Under the pieces are notes generated by a model that was not told the DNA's origin, searched no databases, and saw nothing but the letters and a program-made list of their open reading frames with translations. A stretch of 63,997 nucleotides of DNA, counting the filler, from Trypethelium eluteriae (lineage: Eukaryota): assembly GCA_051942245.1 (NCBI GenBank). It is 4 parts of 4 records of this genome, joined end to end, with 100 filler letters (N's around TTAATTAATTAA, not from the genome) between each part and the next. Parts side by side here need not be neighbours in the genome. Positions count along the whole stretch, not along the records: positions 1 to 16,714 come from JAVECL010000613.1; 3 more parts are not named here. One strand, written 5' to 3'. Position numbers and translations under genes: made by a program. This document shows, in pieces, positions 1 through 11,905 of this stretch (within the stretch, counting starts at the first letter, position 1; every line of letters begins with the position of its first letter).

Positions 1-498
1 GGGAGCGGAGGGAGGTCAGGAGGAGGGCGCGCTCGCGTTGGGAAGCGAGTGTTGCGGAGCGTTTGGCGGAGATTTGGGCTTTGCGGAATTGGGAGCGGGC
101 TCTGGTGGGTTCGTTAGAAATGGTGTCAGAGAGGTGTGGAGAGAGGGAGAGGGAGCGTACTGTTTTAGATCTTCACTGAGTCGGGCGACCTGGGCAGCTG
201 TTCGGGCGCGCTCTCTGTCTCTCTCGCTGTTTCTCCGCCGAGGAGTAGAAATTGTTCCGGTAGAGAAATCTTCAATGTCGAGTTTGAGAAGCTCGAGATC
301 TTCTTCGTGCTGATTGAGACGAGCCTGTATTTCAGAACTAAGCTCTTCCCGTACGCTGTTGGAGTCGCTTTGGTCAATCGGTGCAGATCCCGGCTGGAAA
401 GTGATCTTTGCGAGGCGATTTATGAGATTAAAACTTTGCTTGACTGACTCGGACAATCCTTGAAGACGAATAGGAGGGTCTGATGAGGAAGTAGACAT
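1..498 (-). CDS. SEC20: Sec20-family ER SNARE, N-terminal part; 3' end runs off the window
   Basis: ATG at 498. LINRLAKITFQPGSAP and ARLSEDLK motifs. Removing intron 102-160 (GTACGC...CTAAC...CAG) gives LKQARSQFRKAQISAKR, typical of fungal Sec20. Confidence 0.8.
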
Positions 499-683
499 TG
501 CGATTTGGGGAGGGGTATGCGAAAAGGTGGAATGAGGACGGAGCTCTGGTAGGGGCTGATGTCACCCAGTCAAAAGTCCGCCGAACAAAAGAAAGCGTCT
601 TCATTTCAAACGACTCGACCTCAGGCCTCGTCGATCGTCCGGACGACGATTTGGTCTCGAGCGAGACTGAATCAACCGAGAGC

Positions 684-1037
684 ATGATTACGCGATTCAT
701 AACATCCGTTCGCACCTCCTTCAATCCCTTTACTCGCCCGGGGAAAACCGCTCGCTGCTTCCTTGCTCTCCTTCCTCCCAACGCGCGTCAGAACATGAAA
801 GTCGATGTCAAGACTCTACCAAGGGCATCACAGGACCCTGCCTCTTTAGGATTATCTTTCAGTACGTGTGCTTGTTACGCGTTGCCGGGGAGCCCCTATC
901 AAACTAACAAAAGCTACGCAGAGGACGGCAAGGAAATGGATCTCGATCTGAACAAATTGAAAATCAAAGATGTCATGGAGGAAGTGGATAGGCATTCAAG
1001 ATTGCTGTCTCGGCAGGAAGAGCTCTCGAATAGTTGA
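684..1037 (+). CDS. MRPL44: Mitochondrial large-subunit ribosomal protein mL53 (MrpL44)
   Basis: MITRFITSVRTSFNPFTRPGKTARCFLALLPPNAR...SFKDGKEMDLD...MEEVDRHSRLL after removing the 60-nt intron 862-921 (GTACGT...CTAAC...CAG). True start is the ATG at 684, not the TTG at 498 used by the ORF track. Confidence 0.9.
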   Translation: MITRFITSVRTSFNPFTRPGKTARCFLALLPPNARQNMKVDVKTLPRASQDPASLGLSFSTCACYALPGSPYQTNKSYAEDGKEMDLDLNKLKIKDVMEEVDRHSRLLSRQEELSNS

Positions 1038-1528
1038 AACGTTCATCCTGGGATTCAAATTCGTTCGCTTGGTCGCTGGTTGAGGCTCGCATTTGACAAA
1101 AAAGCTCGAGATTCAACAGGGTGGGTCGCAAAGAGAATTGCCTAGGGAGTGGGGAAAGCCAAGAACATAAAATCGTCGGGATTCAATTCGGAGGTCTGAG
1201 GTCAAGAATGGCTATTTCCTTCGAAGATCCAACATTCCGATACCAAGATCGTAGAGTGGAGTGAAGAGCACGAGGCCGGCTATGTTCAATTCAAGCTTTT
1301 GATTTGAGATTCCTAGCTAGCTATGTACTAGTAGTCGATAGCTTACCACCCTGACTGTCACCGACAACGAGCGAGATCTAACCTCTCCAGATGTAACTTT
1401 TGTCTAAGGTTCCATCCACAAATTACTCTCTGATGTCTCAACATGCCTCAGTCCTACTTATCCAACCGGGTGCAGCATTGCCTCTCTGGCAAGCGTCGAC
1501 GCGGATAGGCTGGAAAGCGGCTATCGCA

Positions 1529-2871
1529 TTAAACAGCTGCACCCGAGATGAAGAACCATTTGTCAATGCTTGGGTCAATCGCAGCAGGCGCCAGGTTCTC
1601 TCCACGAGGGATGTTGAGCGTGCTTGGGTCAACGCGGTTGGGGGAATGAGGGACGCTGACGTTTGATCTGATCAAATGTTAGCATGACCTAGATGGGAAA
1701 GGTCTGGATCAAGCTTACAGCGAAATATCACCAGGCTTGGTCTTCCCGGTAATCAAACGCTCCCATGCCTCTGCACACTCGCGGACAATGTCCGTTGCAT
1801 ACTTCTTGTTCTTGCACTCGCCCGAGAAGGCGAATTGATTCTCCGGCTTGCCATCTGGGATTTTGTAGATGCGGAACCACTCGTTGGTTGCCCGCAATAG
1901 ACCCGGGAGGTGGCGCTCTACATCTTCAATGTCATTAAGCTTGGGGGCGAGAGGATCGTTGACGTCGATGACCATGATCTTCCAGTCGGTCTCTTCCTCA
2001 TCGAGCAGAGCCATCACGCCCAAGACCTTTACCTGCTTGATTTCGCCAGGCTTGGCAACGAGCTCGCCGATCTCACATACATCAAGAGGGTCATTGTCGC
2101 CTTTGGCCTTGGTCTCAGGATGGACGACGTTGGGATCCTCCCAGGTCTTAAAGAGTGTCAGATATTGCGAAGAGGAATATGGTAGAGTGCCGGGATTTCA
2201 AGGGCTTGTTTACCTGCGGGAAGGCGCCATAGTTCCAGAGGTATCCCTTGTGAGGGAAGCAGTTACGGACAAATCGCAATTTGCCCTTCTTTGTATCTTG
2301 CTTAATCGGATTGAGACCCTCTTCCTTGGAGATCTGCAGATATTCTAGTTAACACAACACCGATTTCTTGATTTCCAACCTTCTACTCTATCTTTTGTTG
2401 GGAGAAAGCTATGGATCGCTTTCGGATTTCACGAACCTCCATCTTGGCATTGGTCCAACGAGGAACCTCGACAACCATATTCAGCACAGTCTGCTGCTCA
2501 TTGGCGTATAGAGGAATGTCGTGGAAGGGAGAGAGCGGTGTGCCATCTTTTTCGATGTAGATGCGGTGCTCGAGAGTGTTGGGAGCAGCAATCTTACGGG
2601 CTGTGTAGACTGCGGGAGCTTTAGAATGATAGCCCTTCTCGGAGATTGGTAGGGAGGCCATGTCGATAGACGGTGTTGAAGACGTGGAAAAATGACGAGC
2701 GAGTTGTGCGGTGCGAGAATGCAGGTTGAGAAATTCGGCGGTGGTGGGGTAAGAGGAGGCCAGCTTTGCGAACGTCACCGTCGACTGTTGGCCCTTATCA
2801 ACCTGACTCCTTGCACGGAGCAGCGAGACAGCTCGTTTCAGGGCTAATGGACGCGACTGAAGCCCGAACAT
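1529..2871 (-). CDS. IPP1: Inorganic pyrophosphatase (family I), multi-exon, with N-terminal presequence-like extension
   Basis: [33 protein letters not shown] and [18 protein letters not shown] motifs. Last exon reads [16 protein letters not shown] (TAA 1529-1531). Three introns near 1665-1719, 2146-2213 and 2335-2437. In-frame ATGs at 2871 and 2661. Confidence 0.95.
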
Positions 2872-3056
2872 GCAGCAATGCCTTGAAAGTCGAGGCAGAG
2901 ACAACGTATTCGGTTGGAGGACTGTGACTATTCCTGGAGCAAACCCTGAAGTTTAGACCCTGAACGAATTGAGCTACCTCGGGATTGCGATTCAGTGGTA
3001 CGACTGCTCAGGAACGTAACTTTACTATTTATATTGAGTGGTTCCCTTCCAATTAT

Positions 3057-5067
3057 TTAATACAACCGGTTGGGTTTCCAGAACCCCCCAAAATATTCCT
3101 CCCATTGTCTCGTCCCTGCGCTATCTACACCCTCTCTACCTGATATGACAGGATTCTTGTAATCTCCATTCCTCTCGTGCGCTGGGGCATCTCCGTGCCA
3201 GCCCATATGTGCTTGTCCTTGATCTTTGTCCCAAAGCATTTCGAGACTGTCATCGAATTCCTCTTCAAGAGAAGGGGTACCATAGACGACCCCAGGGTCG
3301 AGTGGCGCACTTTGGTGAAGAAAACTCTCGTCGTTAAGCTCTACACGAATAGGGCGACCATCCTGCGCTTGACTTTCTGCACGTGGTAGTTCAGGTGGTT
3401 CACGCTTGGATTTCGTCCGATCCCTCTGATCCTTGTTATTTCTCCTAAAATCAGTCTGCCTCTCAACCTCACCTACTTTTTGTGCATGATCATGTCGCAA
3501 TACTTTCAAAAGTGGTACAGACAGTGGATTCGCGACTGCAACCTCGCATTCGTGAAGCAAGTGCGAGAGCGACGAAGACGACTCCTGGGTCGGACCATCT
3601 TTGACATAGTCGTGATTTGTTTCAGTCGCTAGTGAACTCTTTGCATTACGCTCAGTATTGCCGAAACTGAGACACGCCGTATTGGCTATCTCTGCATGTG
3701 AATGCGAACTTCTGTGAGAGGACTTCCTTTGGCCAGCCTGGACTGTATGATCGCAAGCTGCAGCCTTCTGATCCGGGACGTTGCTGTCAAGAGGCTGTTG
3801 TAACAACCTCTTGCCTCTAGAGAATGGCCGTGACTCTCCCAGATGGCCGACCTCATTCTCCAATGAGTCTTTAGGAAGTGGAGTGATGTTTTGCGGCGCA
3901 CTAAGCGGGATTACACTAGACGACGGAGCTGGATGGCGATTGGAATCAGACCAGGTGTAGTGGCTTGGATCACGAGGTCCATTTCCTCTGCCGTCAAAGC
4001 TTGGGAAGGGTCTACCGGAAAATTCAATCCTTGGAAGCACACTTTTGGCACTCGTTGAGCATCCTTGCGTCTTTTCTAAAGCTGCGCATGATGGAATGGT
4101 TGCGGAGTGCTTCTTTACACCCTGGGGAGTGTTTAGTTTGTGTGCTGACTCATGCGAGTCTTTCTTCTGCTTGTCTCGCTTCGTCATGCTCATGACATTT
4201 GGATCGCGCTCTGACAGTGGAGGCCTTTTCGCCCCGAAGAAAGTTGAAACTTGCTCATCGTAGACTTTTTCCTGCTTCTTCTTTCTAGCGGTGCGTGCTG
4301 TCGTTGTTGGCTTAGGCTGCTCTTCGGACGAATCTCTTGGCTTTTGGAGAAATTTCATCTCAGAGAAACAAAGATCTGGAACTTTTCCCCAATGTTAGGT
4401 TGTCTCGAGATCACGGGTCGATACTCAACTCACGTCCTCGCCCTCTTCTTGGCGACGAAGCCCTTCCATTCTTGAAAATTCCTGCATCTTTTGGGGTTTT
4501 AAGCTGTGTCACCAGACCTTTCTGTTAGCCGAGTATCTCCTTTGCGAGCCTCCAGGGCCTCACCGTCAAACGGTCTCTTGGTACGTTCTTTGCATGAAAA
4601 GTATGTACAAGACTAACCCCATGTTTCTCCTTACTGCGTCGGACCTTTTTTCTGCTTTTGGATTTTCTTTGCTTGTCTGGTTCTGTCTGCTTTTGTTTTT
4701 GAACCTTGCTTGACTTCGGGTCGTAGCGGTCTTTCCGTGTCCTTTTCCGAGATCTTCTCTTGTATGGTCCTGTTGACGTGATTGCAGAAACGGACGTTGA
4801 CGCCGAATGGCCCGATGCCTCCGATCGACAGTCGTCACCAGATGCTTCTTGTAATGCTTCTCGTTGGCCTCTGGGTGGGCCTGCCTGTTGTTCCACAGCA
4901 TCTTCAAGTAGTGAGCTATCCCTAGAGGGCCGACCCCGTTTGCGCTTAGGCCTCGGCGAAACCGCTTCAGGGTTCGCGCGCTGGAGAAAAGAGGGGATAC
5001 CTAGTCTTGCGGCCAAGCTTCTACCCTCTGCCGCAGATGTGTCCTCCAGCCATTGGTCGATGTCCAT
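3057..5067 (-). CDS. Fungal hypothetical protein, basic and largely disordered
   Basis: ORFs 4525-5067 and 3057-4358 are joined through two canonical introns (GTGAGG, GTGAGT donors) and a short exon, giving FHAKNVPRDRLT...GIFKNGRASSP...PDLCFSEMKFL. K/R-rich NLS-like tracts. Confidence 0.7.
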
Positions 5068-6851
5068 ATCGATAGTTGGACATCTAGTCTGATAGAAGTT
5101 GGTGGAGGCGGTAGGGTCAGAGTGGGGGTTAAGTCCGAAGTGACATCAACCTCGCGGATGCTGCTTTGTTACCTACGGTGTGGATTTGACTGTATTCTAT
5201 GGCAGTAGCGAGAGGGAGTGAAGACGCATGCAGGATGAAGTCGCCTCTACGCTTTCGCGCCAAATAGTTGTGGTTGTGGTTGTCGTCGATGTCTCGCGTT
5301 CAGGCCGTCGCCCAAGTCCAGATTATGTCGAGTGACTTTCACGGGGAAATTGAGCGTTTGTCCGAAATACCTTGCCAATGAAACGTAGTATTGTCATTGA
5401 ATTTCGTATCTTGGATTGCAGCGGCGTACGCGCGTACGACATGGTTATCCGCAGCCCACTGACATCGGAGGTCTGGTACTGGGTTTCTGAAAAGTCGAAA
5501 GTTCACGTCAATGGTACATCCAGCTGCCCGCCAAGGTAAAGGCAACGGTTACACAAGTACCAAGATTGAGGGTCCGGCGATATCGAGGACTATGGCCGGC
5601 GCCTTGACCCTGCAGACGCAGAGAATGCCAAGAGGATTCCCAGGAAGATCATCGATGTGAAATGATGGGTATGTTCGAAAGTCTGTCCGGTGCCCGGCGG
5701 TGCTCATTAAATAAGAGATGAAGTCATTTGTTGCCGTACCAATTGGATGGTGTTGCCGTCGGTTGCTTCCGGCACGCTCGGGCCACCAGCCGAATGATGG
5801 TAACGGTCTTCTCCACAAATTTCCGTTAAGCTTCTTTTGAGCTCCCCCCACCGACGGAACAGGCAAGGCGGGCGGACACGAATCTAGACCCCACCATGCT
5901 TCCCCAAGCCTCACCAAGCTTGGTCCTGTTCGTCCGTTGGGGCAAGGCTGGCGCAGGCGGCATGCTGGCTCTCTGCTTCACACGCGGACCCTCGACTAAG
6001 CGTGAACGCTGCGAACAAGCGCAGCCACAGGCCTCTTCTCCTGCGCCAATGCCGTGTGTGACGACAAATCAGACTCGTACGAGGAACGTGCTCTTGCATA
6101 AGGCAGCTGCTAGGCGTGTTAGAACGCAGCAAATCGTGATGGAATAGGCCTATTGGAACCACTACCTGGGGTCAAGCTTCGATGAACCGCATGATCTTTT
6201 AAACACGGGACGGCGTCAGTACTCATCCAGCTTAATCGCTTTCTGATCGCGTCCTTCACCCCGCCTGCAACCGCATCCTCCAGCTGCGCATTTGCAATGG
6301 CACCCGCATTGTTGCCCCCAGGACAGCTTCTGCGAGCCAGTCCTCTTATCTGCATCTGCAAGATTAGCCGTGAGCGTTGGCCCGCATTCCATCATGACCT
6401 CCCTCGAGTGGTCTCTACAATGCTCTTAGCGTCGTCTTCACACGCTGAAGGAGGGTGGCTCTTGGCCTGATTAGGCTCGCAGTTCTTGTGCCCCACCAAC
6501 GGCGCCTTTGCTCATTCCCGCATCACCTTTTCCCTTTAATCACCAACCGGATGCTCGTCCGCTTGATAATTTGCCGGACGCAGTCTAAACCGGCCCTCAC
6601 TCTGGACACGCTCCCATTCACTCCACGTAGCCTCGGATCTACCCAGACTCCGTGACCTGTCACCTCGTCCCAGCCCGACTACGAGCCTTGCACGTTCCCT
6701 CTCACTTGCAACGTCGCGCCATCGTGCCGGAACCGCATGTTCGTTTTCTCATTCCAGCCGGCGTCATTCATTCACCATCGTGAGCTCACTTTCTATCCTA
6801 GCGTAACCGAGACTAGGAATTGAGCCCGCCAGAGATCGGTTCAGCCCGATC

Positions 6852-7732
6852 ATGTCCAAATTGTTCATCGGGTTCGCACCTCCACTTGCTCAAAATTGAC
6901 TTTGATCGAAGTATTCAGGCTTACTGAAACGGTAGCGGCCTCGCATGGCATACTGATGATACAACCCTTCGCTCCAAGTTCGAGGAGTTTGGTCAAGTCG
7001 AAGAGGCCGTACGACATCGCGTCTCCAGCGCGCACTCTCACTAACGGTAATCCAGATCGTCGTGAAAGACCGCGATACAGGCCGTAGTCGTGGTTTTGGT
7101 TTCGTGCGCTTCACGCAAGAGTCGGAGGCAGATGCGGCAATCCAATCAATGAACAATGTCGAGTGAGTCTCTGCTTGATCTAAGCTAGATCGTCTTGGAA
7201 ATTCAGCCAGGATGGAGTCCCCCCAAAAATTGTGTCTCTTGGCAGTGCGCAGGAGATCAGCGTGGACAAGTACATCTCAATAGCGATGCTGACTTTGAAC
7301 AGATTCGATGGCCGCGTAATTCGCGTCGACAAGGCTTCCGATCGCGGTAGCGGAGGTGGTGGAGGTGGCGGCGGCTTCGGTGGTCGCGGTGGATATGGCG
7401 GTGGTCGAGGTGGAGGCTCTGGAGGCTATGGAGGTGGAGGGGGCTACTATGGTGGAGGCGGATACGGTATGCTTGGGAACAATGACCTGAATGGAGTAGA
7501 AGATATTAACGTCTTCGTATAGGCGGCGGCGCAGGAGCTTCACGGCAAGGCGGGGGTAAGTCAAAGAATTCGGACCCACATCGATCAAACGATTTGCTCA
7601 ACGTATCTAGGTTACGGAGGTGGTGGATGGGGAGGCAACCAAAGCTACGGTGGTCAATCTGGGGGCGGTGGCTACCAGCAAGGAGGGTCCTATGAACAAG
7701 GTGGTCAGCAGGGTGGTGGCAGTAATTGGTAG
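6852..7732 (+). CDS. Glycine-rich RNA-binding protein (one RRM plus Gly/Tyr-rich tail; GRP/CIRBP-like), six exons
   Basis: Spliced product [50 protein letters not shown]...[11 protein letters not shown] (RNP2 LFIGGL, RNP1 RGFGFVRF). Introns about 6872-6935, 7008-7055, 7163-7302, 7467-7522 and 7556-7610. Stop TAG 7730-7732. Confidence 0.93.
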
Positions 7733-8232
7733 AGGCTCGATACCAAGGTTCCTATTTTCAAACCCGGTTTCTCTTCCATTGGGCGGACGATGGGGTTCCA
7801 ATTTCGGGGCACAGAAATGAAAGGACTAGAGACTGCGAACGCTGAAGAAAGGATTCTAATTTGACAATTGCTCTATCTCAAAATTTTTTTAATTCGAGAT
7901 GCACGATGCGTTGGCATTAATTCGACATCTAGCCGGTCCAAATCTTCACGGCTAAATTAAGCTGCCGTGAACGACTGTGTCAATGTATACCATGCGCATC
8001 ATTGATATCGCTCTGCAGAAAACTTAGCTGAGTCTAGGAGGTATGCATTGAAGACGCAAGCTTTGACCCATGCGCAAGTCTGGAGACCTCTTGGAATGGG
8101 AAGGGTGTCTGGGGAAGCTCATGGAGATTACTCACCGCCGGGTTGCCAAAAATACTGCCGAGTAGCACTGACGTAAATTCTCGGAGTGAGCTTTCAGCAT
8201 GTAAGAACCATATCGGCTAGCAAAAAATTGTC

Positions 8233-9456
8233 ATGTCCGATCAACAGTTGAACGCGATTCGCTTCACTGGTCACAAGTTCCTCACCCAGCGACTTGTTCT
8301 CTCCACGCTCACTGGACGTCCTATACGAGTTTCTCAAATCCGCTCTTCGTCTCCAACTTCTCCCGGCCTGCTTCCCCACGAGGTCTCCCTCCTACGTCTT
8401 TTAGAAGCCATTACCAACGGGGCAATCATTGAGTTTTCATACACCGGTACTACAATAGCCTATAAGCCTGGCTTGATAACTGGCAGCGCGTCCGGTTACG
8501 GTGCTGGTAGTGGAGGTATAATCACTCACGATATTCCGAGCAGCTGTACTCGCGGAGTCAGCTTCTTTCTACTTCCACTTTGTCTCTTGGCACCCTTTAG
8601 CAAAGCGCCAGTCAAAGTCCAATTTACCGGTGCCGGTGTAATTACGTCTGCAACAGCGCACGGTGATATATCAGTTGACAGTGTGCGTACAGCAATCCTC
8701 CCTATTTACGAGCAATTTGGTATCAGTGGAGATATTGAGCTACGGATATTGCGTAGAAGCAATCCTGGCTATGGAGGAAAGGGTGGTGGAGGAGAGGTGC
8801 AGCTCACCTTTGGCCGACAGGTCAGATTGCCCAAGACACTCCATCTGCTCAATCCGGGGCGGGTAAAGAGGATAAGAGGAGTGGCATATGCGACTGGTCT
8901 TGGTGGCGCGAACAACGCCCGCATGACTGAGGCCGCGCGAGGTCTTCTCAATCCTCTTGTCCCTGACACCTATATCTATTCAGACGTCTCAGCTGCCCCG
9001 CTGCTACCGCTGGAAGGAAGAGCTGTGGGCAAGGATGGTAAACCAGCAAAGCGAAAGGTTGGGATCGGGTTTGGAATATCATTGGTTGCATATACGTCAA
9101 CAGATGTGTTGTATTCGGCAGACATGGCCAGTCCGGCGGAAGGGGGTGAGACGCCGGAAGACACAGGAAGGAAATGTGCGTTGCAGTTACTGGAGTCAAT
9201 CGAGCAGGGAGGATGTGTCAGTATGGCGGCAGCTCCAACTACGTGTATCTTGATGGCAATGGGTGCCGAGGACATGGGTCGAATACAAGTGGGAAGGGAC
9301 GTAATCGGAAGTGAAGCTCTGATTGAACTGGCGAGAGACTTGAGAACCTTTGGAACAAGTGGATGGGGACTTCGAGATGCTGAAGACGATAGCAATGATG
9401 TAATCGTTAGCATTCACGGCCGTGGCATTGGCAACGTAGGGCGAAAGATCGCATGA
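8233..9456 (+). CDS. RCL1: RNA 3'-terminal phosphate cyclase-like 18S rRNA biogenesis protein
   Basis: Intronless 407 aa. RLVLSTLTGRPIRVSQIRS, PGLLPHEVSLLRLLEAITNG, GGGEV, VKRIRGVAY and terminal GIGNVGRKIA motifs. Confidence 0.95.
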   Translation: MSDQQLNAIRFTGHKFLTQRLVLSTLTGRPIRVSQIRSSSPTSPGLLPHEVSLLRLLEAITNGAIIEFSYTGTTIAYKPGLITGSASGYGAGSGGIITHDIPSSCTRGVSFFLLPLCLLAPFSKAPVKVQFTGAGVITSATAHGDISVDSVRTAILPIYEQFGISGDIELRILRRSNPGYGGKGGGGEVQLTFGRQVRLPKTLHLLNPGRVKRIRGVAYATGLGGANNARMTEAARGLLNPLVPDTYIYSDVSAAPLLPLEGRAVGKDGKPAKRKVGIGFGISLVAYTSTDVLYSADMASPAEGGETPEDTGRKCALQLLESIEQGGCVSMAAAPTTCILMAMGAEDMGRIQVGRDVIGSEALIELARDLRTFGTSGWGLRDAEDDSNDVIVSIHGRGIGNVGRKIA

Positions 9457-9731
9457 AAATGTACAGAGTACACTGTATCCATAGCTTGACGCGTTCAAGC
9501 CGACGCGAACTGCAAGCCACGAGCGGTGAGCGGATTTTGCCAGAACTAGCCGAGGCAGGTACAGCAATAAACTTCCATCACAGCGTACACCACGCCCTCT
9601 TTAACTGCCCACCTTCACTTCTACACCAACTTCAGGTCCTCATTAACTGAAGTCCACGCGCAATACGTGCACGATTCTCACTACTCATAGTTCACGTTCC
9701 CCCAAATCTTACATCGTCTTTCAAAGTCAAG

Positions 9732-11541
9732 ATGAACGTAGACGAGAAGCTGCTGCGGCAGACGAAATTCCCTCCAGAGTTCAACCAAAAGGTGGACATG
9801 AGGAAAGTCAATATTGAGGTGATGAAGAAGTAAGTGTGCCAATCAAGAATCGCTCGGTACTGTCATAATTCTGAGTGTCACTACAGATGGATTGCCGGAA
9901 AGATCTCAGAAATCCTCGGCAACGAAGACGACGTGGTGACTGAGCTATGCTTCAATTTACTTGAGGGCGAGCGCTACGTAGGTACCCGCCGTCGAAATCT
10001 CGCGACGCAAGCTTACCTTAATGAAAGCCGAGTGTCAAGCACTTGCAAATACAGCTCATGGGTTTCTTGGACAAAGATACGCCTACGTTCTGCAAGGAGC
10101 TGTGGATGCTATGTCTTAGTGCCCAGTCGAACCCTCAGGGCGTCCCGAAAGAATTGCTAGAAGCGAAAAAGCTCGAACTCATGCAGGAAAAGGTCTGAAC
10201 ACTTTTGTTGTCCTAGGACCGGGCTCACCATCGCGCAGAACGAGGCCGAAAAGGCAGCAGAAGAAGCTTCTCGACGTCGTGACCAAGAACGAGCGCGCGA
10301 ACGCGATCTCGATCAAGTTCGCCAGCGAGAACGTGCAGACAGAGATCGTGGAGGGGCTCTCAGAGGCCGAGGCGGCCGAGGCGGCAGAGACTTTGAACGT
10401 CGTCCTTTCAGAGATTCCAGGTCGCCGCCCCCGCGACGCCGAGACTCGGATGATTTCCGTAGGCCACCTCCGAGGCGAGAGAGAGACGTATATATACCCA
10501 GCACCTCAAATCGAAGAGATGATCGCCGCCGCAGGTCCCGCTCTCCGCAGTCTAAGACCAGATCCATCTCTCACTCACGATCCCGCTCACCAGCTCGCTC
10601 AATCTCTCCTTCACCTCGACCACGCCGACGCAGAGCGGTATCGGCCTCTCGCTCTCCGCCACCGCGACATCGACGCAATAGGTCTACAAGTACCGCAGAT
10701 GAATACGAACATAAGAGACGATCGAGAAAGTCTCCAGCTCGTCGTCGACGAGATAGCTCCGTCTCCTCAGCTGAGAGATCGCGCTCACGTTCACCTAGGC
10801 GTCGCACTAGAAGACGGTCTCCATCATATGATAGTCCGCCGCCACCGTCTCGTCGCTATGCTCGTCGATCGGAGCGACGCTCCAGATCAACCTCGAGACG
10901 GCGCTCTGCAAGTCCGCGCCGTGAACGCACAACTAAGTCCAATGCAAGCAGGACGCCGCCTGCACACCAACACAGAAGCAGTCGTGAGTCACACGCTAAT
11001 GTTCGCAAGGACCGGGACCGACAACAGAGGCCATCTGGGGTCAGTCCACGCGCCAGTCGAAGCCTGAGCCCTAGCTCAGCTCAAAGAGCAACACCGAACA
11101 GCAATCGCAAGCGACGTCGATCCATCGAAAGGTATAACGCTGCCTCCAAAAAACGCCGAAACACATCGTCCGTTGACTCAAACTCGGGATCATCAGCTGA
11201 CCAGGAACATAGAGCTAGTCCAATGCTCCAAGAGCAGGATGAGGTGCGTTCCGACTAATCTGGCGAGCAGGGTCTGAACATAGAAATATTCAAAACCAGG
11301 CACTGCGCTGTTATGTTAGCATGTACACCGTTTAGTTCAACATGGACTCTTGGTGTTGCGTAGTCACTTAGCCAGCAGACCTATAATCAAACCATATACG
11401 TATCTTCACCGGTACGAAGGACTGACATGATAGAAGGATACGAAGAAGAAACAACTTCGCCAACTCATGGCGGAGTTGAAGGAAAAGATCATAGCCCAAC
11501 GAGGGGACCTCAAGCCCACAATGCCACCTCAGGCGGAGTAA
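9732..11541 (+). CDS. PWI-domain, RS-repeat splicing factor (SRm160/SRRM1-like)
   Basis: MNVDEKLLRQTKFPPEFNQKVDMRKVNIEVMKK|WIAGKISEILGNEDDVVTELCFNLL...LMGFLDKDT...LSAQSNPQGVPKELLEAKK (PWI domain), then a long Arg/Ser/Pro-rich exon. Probable last intron 11244-11433 and last exon ending MPPQAE*. The 3' exon choice is less certain. Confidence 0.88.
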
Positions 11542-11905
11542 TGACCGCCAGGGGTCACGATATGACAATTTGTATGTTGAAGATGAGTATCATACTTGTG
11601 CATCATAAAGATAGGATTGGACAGAAAATACATGAGGTTCTCCCTGATGGATGTTCCCACCATTCACCAGGCGCCATACAATAATACTAATATCCTGTTT
11701 ATACATTTCTCTGGTATTATGGATATCTGCCGATTGCATCGTCACAGTGCGATAGTAGATTGAGGAGATCCCCACGATGCTACCCTCCCAAAATCATAGA
11801 ACGACCTCCCTTGACCCAGTCCTTTCTTCTCCGACGTTTCTCATTGCTCATGGACATGCGTACATCGCTTCACGATCATGCACTGTCATGTCGGAGCCAA
11901 CCCCT

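Noticed and set aside
862..921. Stop-free in-frame introns (also 52747-52800) as retained-intron isoforms
   Set aside because: Both have strong canonical signals and interrupt conserved motifs; short stop-free 3n introns arise by chance.
10279..11067. 262-aa ORF inside the PWI gene
   Set aside because: Alternative frame of the RS-repeat exon, GTG start, no recognisable features.
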